DNA of 61,647 nucleotides, counting the filler, from Choristocarpus tenellus KU-1152 (lineage: Eukaryota; Protista; Phaeophyceae): assembly GCA_964200185.2 (NCBI GenBank). It is 10 parts of 10 records of this genome, joined end to end, with 100 filler letters (N's around TTAATTAATTAA, not from the genome) between each part and the next. Parts side by side here need not be neighbours in the genome. Positions count along the whole stretch, not along the records: positions 45,134 to 53,109 come from CAXNAD020005316.1; positions 53,210 to 56,809 come from CAXNAD020019027.1; positions 56,910 to 61,647 come from CAXNAD020013262.1; 7 more parts are not named here. One strand, 5' to 3'. Below are positions 51,512 to 61,647 of the stretch, piece by piece. A program made the position numbers and the translations under genes. Each line of letters begins with the position of its first letter. Within the stretch, counting starts at the first letter, position 1. The notes under the pieces are model-generated. The model was not told the origin of the DNA and ran no database searches. It saw nothing but the letters and a program-made list of their open reading frames with translations.

Positions 51512-53109
51512 CTAACCCGCGTGTTTGCCTGCAGCATTTGCGTAGGAGCCAAACGTCTCTTCCATGCCGCTGTACCGCTCCGTCCTGTAGACGCTTTGAA
51601 GGATATGTCCTTGGACGGACGTATGCAAGGGCACCCCAGTACATCCGCCTGCACTGGCAGAGGCCTCTCTACCCTGCCCCGTACCGATGTTCTCCTTATC
51701 ATAATCGTCCTTGTCTTCCTTCTGCTGCTCCTCGTCCTCCTCCTCCTCTTCATCTTCCTCCTTGTCCTCCTCCTTGTCGTCGCTGGTGTTGTCTTCCCTT
51801 TCGTCCTCATTCTCCCCCCCCCTCTCCTCTCCTCGTCCCTTGAATTTTGTCTTCCGTCCCTCTCCCACGAAACCCCCCCTTTCCCTTGCCTCGATAGCAG
51901 ACCGTAGAACTGTCAACACCTTGGTAGGAATCTTTTTGCCGTTCCCAACAAGTTTATCGCAAGTCCAAACAATACCCGCCACGGGTTCCCAGCTAACGTC
52001 TTTAACTCGCTTCAGTTTCCCACCTCGCACGGATCTATCACCAGCGTGCACCCAGCCTTCTACAAAACTACTTTTACCATATTTCTCAAGGGTTAGGGTC
52101 GCGGCGTTGTCACGTGTGTGATCACTGGTCGGCCGAAGCCAGTGGATATCCACCCCACGCTCCCCGTCGTCGCCGACGCGCTCCGCTAGGATCTTGCCGA
52201 CCAAGAGCGGCGCCTCCGTTGCCACAAAAAAGGCAAACCTGCCTTCCTGCACTGAGACTAGGTTTCCATGGTTCCCTGATGTCAACGTAGTACGAAGCCA
52301 ACCCCGTCGACGGGAGCCAGGTTCTTCCTTTTCACTGTCCGATGAGGAAGAGTGTGTTTCCTCGAGCCCGCCGAGATCATTGTCACCGCTGACAAGATTA
52401 TCTCCCCCACCTGAACGTTCACCCTGGTCGTTGTCTTCGACGTCACTGGTACTAGTTCCAGCGCCATCATCATCGGTGGGAAGCCAATGGACTGGGAGGT
52501 CGAAATTTCGTTCCCCTGTCTTTTGGAGAAGTCACACAGACTCGCTTTGCTCGTGTTTCGCTCTCTGAACGGCTTCATCGTCTGCGAAGGTGGAATCCAT
52601 GAGCACAAGGACATCAACGGTATGGATGCATGAATGTTACTTTGTTACCAGGCATGAGGTTTCACAAATGCGCTCGGGGAGCATGTAGTGAGAGGGAGGG
52701 TGTGTATTTCGTCGGAATCGTCTCTGTTGAGTACAAGACCGGTACCCTCAGAACATTTATGGGGAGTAATCTATGGTAATTTTTATTGTAACATGCGACG
52801 GTCACTACACATAAGAACGCAATATTTTTCAAGATTTTTTTTCTAAAGGCTGCAAATGCTGCCTCGTACAAAAGTTGCACCTGATTTTTTTGGCTGCCAC
52901 CGAATACCAAAATAAGCTATCAACTCCCCTCACGAAAAAATCGACTTACCCAGTGGGCACGCAGCAGGGAGGCGCTCTTGCGACACCAGATACCACTGCT
53001 CCATGTTCAGGATGACGTTTTTGGGAACGCTCTTGAGCTGGTAGGGTGGTGTATCTTGGATACGAGGCGGGTGGCCGATGAAGAGGTCGTGCGGAGGGGC
53101 GTTGGGGTC
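51512..53109 (-). pseudogene. Probable 3' part of the Sola-like transposase gene; exons 53109-52950 (open at contig end) and 52581-51512
   Basis: DPNAPPHDLFIGHPP...CPL|DDEAVQRAKHEQSESV*LLQKTGERNFDLPVHWLP, acidic linker, then FAFFV..PLLVGKI..VDIHWLRP..W..KKIPTKVL domain and acidic tail; phase-1 GT-AG intron; in-frame TGA at 52532-52534. Confidence 0.6.
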
Positions 53110-53499
53110 NNNNNNNNNNNNNNNNNNNNNNNNNNNNNNNNNNNNNNNNNNNNTTAATTAATTAANNNNNNNNNNNNNNNNNNNNNNNNNNNNNNNNNNN
53201 NNNNNNNNNGGGTTTGGTGGGGGGGGTGTTGGGGGGGGGGGGGGGGGGGGGGTGGGGGCTATAATTGCAGATCAGTGAATGAGTGGGAAAGAAAAAAATC
53301 AACTGTTGTTGGTCTGCTTGCTTCTCCGTACCCACGCAGAGGTGGGTGGTGCCACTGTGTTGCGTAAAAAGAGTATACTGATTGATCTCAGTTTGCAGTG
53401 ATGATTGCGAGTTGAAAAAGAGTCGTCAATCTAATATAAGACTCTGTGAAACAGGAGTTTCAATTTCTTACTGGGCGTTGGGTACAAGTTGAAGTACAG

Positions 53500-53790
53500 T
53501 CCTGCAAGTACTGAAGTACTGAAGTATTGAGGCACAAGGCACCAAGGTCTGCAAGTACTGAACCACTAAAGTACGAATTACCAATATCTAAGAACTGCAA
53601 TAGAGCACCGAACCACTGAAGGACCAAAGAACTCAAGTACTGAACCACTAAAGTACGAATTACCAATATCTAAGAATGCAATAGAGCACCGAACCACTGA
53701 AGGACCAAAGAACTCAAGTACTGAACTACCCAAAAGCGCACTGGAGAACCTAACCACCAAAGCACTAGAGTACTGAACCACCAAAAGCAT
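53500..53790. repeat. Tandem repeat: ~82-bp unit x2 built from 8-9-bp ACTGAA-type subunits
   Basis: AAGTACTGAACCACTAAAGTACGAATTACCAATATCTAAG repeated at 53553 and 53635. Confidence 0.85.
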
Positions 53791-54809
53791 CGAGGTTGAA
53801 AGGTAGAGGAGAAAATTACATTTTCTTTTCTTTTTCCTATTTTCCAGTTCGCCCTATCAGCTCAATTACCAATGAATGAAAAAAAAAGAAATCTTGTTTC
53901 ACCACTATATGGCATGACTGTCCAAATATCCGATACCGTTACTGTTAATATCATTTGCATGAAGGGATGGAAAAAAAATACACACACACACACACACAAA
54001 TACACACTTCTTGGGAGTTGTGGTAAAGTGTTGGAAGAGATAAGGGGACAGACGTTGGAAAACAGTTTGAAAACTGAACTCCCCCCCCCCCTCAACACAC
54101 ACCACAGGTTTTCTTCAAGCTTTCAAAAACAATGTTGTGATTTTGTTTAACACGGAAAGTTTTGGCCCCTTCTCCTAATATAACTTCCAGTTCACTTTTT
54201 GCTTTTAAAGGACCGTTCGTAAAGAAATAAAAAATGAGCTCTCTCTCTCTCACACACACACACATGGACATGCACACAATATTTTTTGGGGGGGAGAGGG
54301 GGTGAAGTGCAAAAAGAGAGAACAGGGACCCTTTGGACCTTTTCAAACTTCAGAGTGGTACTCCTCTCCTTTTGAAAAAGAAAATTAACATCCAAAGCAC
54401 AACAGCCTGGCGGTGCGAGATCACGCTGAGGTCATTCTTATATTGAAGTTGGACAGGAAAAACGGTACACAAGGAAAAAAAGAAGAAAACAGTATTTTTA
54501 CAAGAACTGCTCTTCTTTTTTTTTAAAGCAAATAATAGCGGCAACGGTTTCGCGCTTGTCTCGCGTCAAATTACGTGCAGTCGTCCTGAAAACTTGGCCT
54601 ACATCTCTTGACACCGTCCCATATCAAGCCCAATCAATGTACAACAGGGATGCTCAGGATAGCATTAACGCCAGAGTTATCGAACCCCCAAGGGAATTCC
54701 ACCATGGGGGATATGCCCAAGGTTGGGTTAAAAGATTTGCAAGTTTCTTGCTTACAACGGTCTCTTGCAGTGCATGAAAAAATTGTCATAAATATGAGGA
54801 TACGATGCA

Positions 54810-55230
54810 GGTAATACTACAACAGTATATTTAACTATCACTACAGCAGAATATTAACTATTACAACAGAATATTAAACAATACTACAACAAATATTAGC
54901 TATTACTATAGCAAAATATTTAACTATTACTAAAAATAGAACAATAACTGACTACGATAGGATATTAAATAATACAATAGAATATGTAACTACCACTACA
55001 GCAAAATAGTAACCATGACTACACAACAGAATATTCAACTACTGCCACAGCAAAATATTAACCATGACTACAAAAAGTATTGAATAATACTGCAGCAGAA
55101 TAATAAATAAAACCGCGACAGAACATCAATTGCTACTGCAACAGAATAGTATCAGTACAACGGAACATTAACAATAACTACGACAGTATACCAACTATTC
55201 TACAACAGTGCATTGTACAGTATTTTCTAT
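54810..55230. repeat. Degenerate AT-rich minisatellite (~20-24-bp unit, ACTACA(A/G)CAGAATATTAACT-like), intronic
   Basis: Motif recurs many times with substitutions. Confidence 0.75.
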
Positions 55231-55350
55231 AATGACAACTATCTAAAATCAACCACTATTGCAAATCCATGCACTACATGTATACTATATCGACTCTTGG
55301 TTCTGTTCCGACTAAGGGCTAGGGTTAGGTCTCTCCATACATGCACTCAC

Positions 55351-56650
55351 CGCATCGGACGCCTTCCCCCTCGCAATGAGCTCCAGCAGCTTCCCCAAAA
55401 GAACAAAGGAGATGAGAGCAGCAGAGGTCTCAAAGAAGAGCATCGTGCCATGGTTCTTCCCAGGGGCAACACACAAATTAAACAGCAGATGCACACAAAC
55501 ATGAGACGTTGATAGTATTCAGGGTATACCTTATATCATGAGCAATAAAAAAAGTCAAAAATAGTTTTATCATTCGTCAAACCTAGTCTTTTTCCAAGTT
55601 AATGAAAATTGGGATCTTTCGAGTAATATTGAACCACTAAACCAAATACTGTGTTTGTTGGGGGGGGGGGGGGGGGAAGAATGTGGGGGTTTTCGACGCT
55701 ACTAGGGTATTGTATTGGGGTTCATATTTCCCTTTTTCAGTTAAAAGAGTGTGACGTAGTAAGACAACAACAAAAAAACTTGAAAAAAATATGCCTCTAT
55801 TCATGCACATGTTGTATTACAATGCTTCAATGTAACAAACAATTTGACATCTTGGAATGGAGTGTACAAGGCAGAGGAGTCTCGACACCCCCATCCTTAA
55901 CAGGGGAAACTCCTTGCTTGCCCACCGCCGCATGCACTACGGGGTCGTTGTGTACAGGGTTCAAAAGTCTCACTCAAGCGAAAAAATTATTTTTCAGAAC
56001 AACATAAATGCAGTACAAGCTTTCAGCTCACGTTTGAGTTCAGGGTTAGGGTTTATGTCCACAGTTCCAGAAAAAAAAATCTCTTTTACAAACACCTAGT
56101 GTAATGGTTTGGTGAGACACAAGTAACCCAATATATATACATACACACACACACATATATATATATTGATATATTTAACTGCACCAACGAGTTCCTGCTA
56201 TAAAATAAAAAAATAAAAACACACACACACCACACAGCTCACAGCTTCCATTATTTTCTTCTTCCGATACTGTTCAGATGCGACAAGATTTCATCTCGTA
56301 CTATATTTTTTACAATTTTATTTTTTTATTCATCTTTTACCTCCTCTAGATAATTATTGGCTCATGCACACACACACGCACACCCAACACACACATTTCA
56401 TCACTGTCATGTGACCTCGAGGCGCTATCACAATCTCATGCAAAGACCGTTCTCCACAAGACGCAACAACATTCAAACTACAAGACACAAAACGCCGGAA
56501 CACAAAAGCACCCCCCCCCCCCTACCCACCTCCCCCTGAGAAACGGCAAGCACCATGAGCACCAGGGAGTACAGGTAGGCCGCGCTGGTGCCCCCCGCCA
56601 CGAGAAAGTTCATTCCCAGGGCATGGTTTCGAATGTCCTTTGCAGCACCC
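55351..56650 (-). CDS. Two internal exons (56650-56530, 55455-55351) of a P1B-type Cu-transporting ATPase (CopA/ATP7/HMA5-like)
   Basis: GAAKDIRNHALGMNFLVAGGTSAAYLYS and FFETSAALISFVLLGKLLELIARGKASDA match P1B-1 transmembrane motifs; phase-0 GT-AG intron. Confidence 0.88.
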
Positions 56651-56971
56651 CTTGGAAGGTGTTGTTGTCAGCGCATCGGTTTTGAGTTTCATATATCCAC
56701 ACGTTAGCTCTGGGCTTAGGGTTAGGGGACAGATATCAGGTGATTACTGTGTGCCACTTCACAGCTAAACACACAGGGCAGGACGGGAAGGGTGGGGCGG
56801 GGGAGGGGGNNNNNNNNNNNNNNNNNNNNNNNNNNNNNNNNNNNNNNNNNNNNTTAATTAATTAANNNNNNNNNNNNNNNNNNNNNNNNNNNNNNNNNNN
56901 NNNNNNNNNTGGTGTTTATTTTTTTGTATAGAGTGTGGTTTGAGGGGAGGGAGAAAGATAGTGTAGCGCAA

Positions 56972-57009
<38 letters not shown>

Positions 57010-58127
57010 CTCAACGAGTGGAGGACTGGCTGAACCCATAGACCAGACAGAAGGTGTGCACAGAGGTAGTACCGATATTGCATTCATCACAATTACATGC
57101 TGGTGTATCACGCAGCACAAAGAGTGGTACACCTTTTGTTGACCACGGGTTGATTCAAGTCCAGGTTGAAGTGAGATAATGATCTTAATAATAGTGTCCA
57201 TGGAGCAGCCCATGCAAGGCCTCTATATGCCACTTACATACTACCATGAAATTTTGAGTGCAATGCACCCTTGTACACATTCATGTGTTTCTTCTTGTGT
57301 CTGTATGTTATCCGCACTGGCTCTCTTCAACACGCACTTGCTCGCTCATCCGCTCACATCAATGTCTCTTGGAAAACTCATCTACTAATTTGTTGGTAGG
57401 AGGAAGGTAAGGGTTGTTGCTATTACTATATTTCACAAACCCGGCAGCTGCTGCAGGCTGGGTTGGCCCTGAATCTAACTGGCTCTAACTGGCTCTAACT
57501 GTTTTTGCTATCAACTCTCCTCCATATCAGGCGTGTGCTCACCATCTCACAACATGTGAGTTCAAGTTGCAGGTATCGGCTTGCAGTCTCACATGCGTGC
57601 TCGCCAACTGCACATGCCTCGCGCTCAAACCTTTTTGCCTCTAACCACCTCTACAGTTGTACCTTATCTTCAGTCTCATGAATCTGCTCACTGCCTCGAA
57701 TATCATGTGTTCAAATAGTAACGCTTCGCAGGGTTTCTACTGTACAGTAATTGAACGTTTCTTGTGCAGCAGCAGTAATAGTTGCAGACATATTGTTGCA
57801 GAGGCAGGATGGTCAAGCAGCAAGGTAGCAAAGAGAGCAACAGATTCGTCACAAAAAACCCGACAAAGAGCAACAGAGCCTCAATCTCATTGGTCAAACT
57901 TTCCTGCAGATCTGTCATGGTGATAATGCCTTGTCAGGATAGCAATCAAGGAAAAACCGATACCAAAGTATTCTGCAAAGGATGTCACGTGGTTCTATTG
58001 CAGGTGTTCTTGTTCCTAATTTGCTAGACTTACACTTTGTCAATGCACTTAAGTGTCTACTGCATGATTAAATGTTTCAAAGATGCTCACCGAGGACTTG
58101 TGCTTCTTAATGAGCTTGCTGACATAC

Positions 58128-59335
58128 CAGTCGCTTCCCTGTGAGCTATCTAGACGACTCACGGCCACTGTCTTGGAGCCACTCCCTACGGCAAACTTGG
58201 TCCCTTTCGTCAGAGATCACACAAAGCAGGGCCAACAAGTTGGAAAGAGTTGAAATACAGAAGTCACAAGTGCAGATTGGGTTGGAGGGGGGAGGGGTAA
58301 AAGGATAACCTAACCAAAAACAGCACAGGCTTCAAGAATGTGTAAAAATTTAATTAATTCTAGCATATCACCAGCTTATGGCGATGGTAGAGCCAGTCTC
58401 ACCATTTGGGCACCACTGTACGTCAAGAGCGGCACGGTCCAGCATCAGGGCACAGAGAGTTGGGATCCATTTCCTCTGCAAAGGGGCGTAAACACAACGA
58501 AGAGAGTGATTAGTCGGTAGGACATGTGAGTGTAGTGGGAAGGGGAAAAAATTAACATACAATTGTGGAGGGTTGAGGACCGGCAAACTAGAGACGACTT
58601 CATTTTTGAGACAGTGGCATAGAAATACCTTCCGGGGCATACAAGTTACGGTTAAAGAGGGTCAGAACGGATCCTCGTTGGGGGGTCAGCCAACTCCTGC
58701 AGCCACCTACGAAATAAGCAAACGCCAGTTTCGACCTCAACATAGTATGTGTTACATCGAGCCAATTAGAACTAGGAGGCTCACACTAGACGCGTCGAAA
58801 GTCCACACAAAAGCATTTCGGTCGTGGGAGCATGTGACGATCTTGTTGGTGACAGGAGACCAAGAGATGCCAGAGATGACGAGGTCGTGCTCCTCGAGTA
58901 CGTGCATCAGTTGCCAAGAAGAGAAGTTAGGGTTGTTGCACCCCTCGTAGATGTAAAGTTTGTTATCATTGGGACAGATTGCCAACACTGACGAACGATG
59001 GCCAGAACGTACATGTAATGGGTGGAAATAAGGAGTTGATGAGTAAAAAACAGATAATAAGGTGAAATCTCCAACACATTCTTCCCTGTCAATTCCATCA
59101 TCGGGTACTGATCCCACTCAGACACTCTGTTCCCAAAAGAGCAAACCAACTAGTGCAATTAATCCATCGTACAAAGACTGCAGTGTTCTCAAGGAACGAA
59201 ATCGCTCACAAGTACATACGCGACTTCTGAACACTCCAAGCGATTGTGGTGAGGCCCCTCACTTGATTTGTCGGCATTCCAGGCATGGCAGGCAACACCT
59301 GCTGAGGGAGGGGTGATCTGGTGCGAGATCGGCAT
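58128..59335 (-). CDS. ARPC1: Arp2/3 complex subunit 1 (p41, WD40), 5' part; exons 59335-59263, 58987-58785, 58475-58403, 58203-58128
   Basis: ACHAWNADKS|MLAICPN...EHDLVISGISWSPVTNKIVTCSHDRNAFVW|KWIPTL...RAALDVQWCPNG|TKFAVGSGSK...DW; later exons not found in the contig. Confidence 0.92.
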
Positions 59336-60419
59336 TGCCCCAACCTTCTAATAAACCAAAATCCCCGACCAGAGGGGAGACTAAACCTCCTGTGTCAATG
59401 CTCACTCCTTGACACCCCTTTTAGCCAACCTTGCTCCCAATTCCTCTAACAAGAACACGGTGCAATTAGAATGACTTTGTTTTGACGCCGCCCCGATGCA
59501 AAGGCCACACAACAAAGCCTGACCGAAGCCACACCTTCTAATAATAGCTGGTATACTTATATTGCTGTTCGGGCCCAGGCACCGTTGCGTCCCCAACCCT
59601 ACTATACGCTACACATTCCACTCTCCTACTTACTCCTTTCACAAATCCCATTGTAAGAAACCGCGCGATGATTCTCTTGCGCGCGGGTTAGGTTCCTTTC
59701 TCGTCTACTCCTAAATTCTACAAGATTAGATGTATGAACGCTTATGAAGATGAGGTGGTTAGTATTGTGGGGGAGAATTGACATAGGAGATAGGATGTGG
59801 GACTAGTTGTGAAGTGGGAAATCGGGACAAAAAGATAAGAGGTTTGTTCACTGGTACTTGCCATTAGTTGTAGAGAAGAGACGAGTGAGGGGTAGATGTA
59901 TGTATGTGTGTGAGTAGTAAAGTAATGAATGGTAGTAAGTACCCACATTAATAATACCTAGGACAGGTAGATGAGGGGGGGGGCGGGGGGGTATGGACGG
60001 GAAGAATAACAGCGCAAGCTGTACGGTAGTACTTGCCAGTATTAATAGTCGTAGAGAAGACGTGAGTTAGTGCTACAACAGTACATACATGTATGTATGA
60101 GTAGTTAATTAAGTAGTAATAGTCAAATACTCCACGTAACACCAAATGAAGTATGTGGTTGAAGATATATACTTCATTGTGCATGATGTGAAAAGTCAAC
60201 TCAATAATAAATACAGCTGTGAACATTACCAGTACCAACTACAATACGTATATAGATCACGCAACAAGAAAACGAAACTGTGCCACTCGTCCATGGAACA
60301 CTCGGTTTTGCCAACCACACAACATTGTACCACCTACATGAATTGAGTTTTGTTGTCCTTACGGATATTCCCTCAAACATGATCCCAACTATTCAAGTTT
60401 GTCTTGCAAAAAAAATCAA

Positions 60420-60600
60420 CAGTTGTTCTCCTGTCCTGTATCCCCCTTGCTCCCACTTTTCATCCTCAATTTCCCCAAACACCAATGCCTTCGGTAGTTT
60501 GTCACCTCTCATGCGTGTAATTAACCCTGCAATCAAGAGTATCCATTTTTCCCGTAGTTGTCTGGATACTGTTACACGTAGTGTTCGCGACGGCACCTTT
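60420..60600 (-). mobile_element. Degenerate 3' fragment of a non-LTR retrotransposon (RTE/L2-like)
   Basis: IAGLITRMRGDKLPKALVFGEI resembles the post-RT motif WAGHVxRM...RLPKxxLFGEL. Confidence 0.6.
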
Positions 60601-61624
60601 GTTTGACAGGGTGCATGATACTTTCGATTTTCCACACTGTGATTAAATGCGGTAGGAGTTTGTCATGGTGGAAATGGATAATACAAAAGCCCTCCTTCTA
60701 CTACTACTACATAAAACTACCCTATACATAGTGTGCCTAACTCATCAAAAAATATAATACTCCGGATTATGCTAGAGAAGAAGCCATCATCGCTTACTTA
60801 CGCCAAGCTATATAGCAGCAGTTAAGGCTGCTCAAACAGATCAGGGTAGATGCACACTCACTACTATTACCTGTTGATTGCTGCTCTTCTCGTTGGTCTT
60901 CTTGGGTTAATTATTTAGTCTCAATTTGGTGATATGAGGTGAGTGGTGTTCGGATGGATGAACTGGACGGGACCATCCCTGTTCTTCTTTTCATAGAACT
61001 TTGGAGATGCTAGGGGCATTGATGACGGAACATCCCAGCTGCTATTGAGCAATATCTAGGTCTTTGCCCCTCTTTATTCGACTTGTACTCCTTTGTGTGC
61101 AAAAAAACACTATACATTGGTAGCTCACAGCAGCAGAGCAAAAATCAGATGTGCATTTCCAAAGGTCAAGTTAAAGATACGACGAAATAAACATAACCTT
61201 CGTGTATTTGGTCCAAGAGACAGCATATATGTTACTGATAGGTATTCATCATATAGTTATTTAGATGATGAAATGAGACAAGTTTGCTGGCTTCTCTCCT
61301 CTCCTTTTCCCCCTAATATCGCCTCAATCCTCTGGTTGTATACCTGAGAGTTCTCGGCCTTGATGCCACGCCTGGTGCTTTGTCAGGTCACAATAACTAT
61401 AGCTGGATTAGTTCTCCCTTGTTACGTGAAGGTAATGTTTTTGAGTGATGCGGTGAGGTAAAATTGAAACTCAAGGATAAACATTAAGGTTGTTTTTGAA
61501 TCAGATAGTGATAGTAACTTTGTCGGTATCTAACAAGTATGTGTGTCTCTCAGCGTTATTGTGATATTTTTGTAAGGGTCATACATTTGCAATGTTGACA
61601 TTCGATTAAGCGAGTTGGAATTAA

Positions 61625-61647
61625 GGATCAAAGTATCTGAGGGGGGG
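61625..61647. mobile_element. Start of a MITE family B copy at window end
   Basis: GGATCAAAGTATCTGAGGGGGGG matches the family B TIR. Confidence 0.65.

Noticed and set aside
51442-52568. Several overlapping plus-strand ORFs
   Set aside because: Antisense shadows of the GC-rich, low-complexity minus-strand exon.
1-61647. Window end and start appear to join through a family B MITE, suggesting a circular molecule
   Set aside because: They are on different contigs, and contigs here often break in these MITEs.

Overview
Eukaryotic nuclear DNA with spliceosomal introns, plastid-type presequences and an algal-type gene and transposon content, most consistent with a brown alga or related ochrophyte (inference). 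The window is not contiguous. It is 10 separate contigs joined by nine artificial 100-bp spacers (N44-TTAATTAATTAA-N44), so adjacency across spacers means nothing. Host genes: a DOMON + copper monooxygenase (MOXD1/DBH-like) gene with 5' lesions, a 6-exon L-type lectin, a multi-exon putative thylakoid protein, an unknown low-complexity protein, partial ARPC1 and P1B Cu-ATPase genes, and tRNA-Arg(ACG) with two decayed copies. Mobile DNA: Ty1/copia pieces, an internally deleted pogo/Tigger element, a LINE 3' fragment, about 10 copies of a ~260-bp GAG...CTC MITE with 4-bp TSDs and about 5 copies of a related family. The standout is contig 45134-53109, an intron-rich Sola-like DDD transposase gene that the ORF track does not show. 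It appears circularly permuted, with the 3' half upstream of the 5' half and both contig ends apparently in the same coding exon. Between the halves lie an AT-rich iterated-repeat block and a small divergent ORF, with no visible TIRs, and one of the MITEs interrupts the gene. All protein assignments are from recalled motifs; no searches were run.
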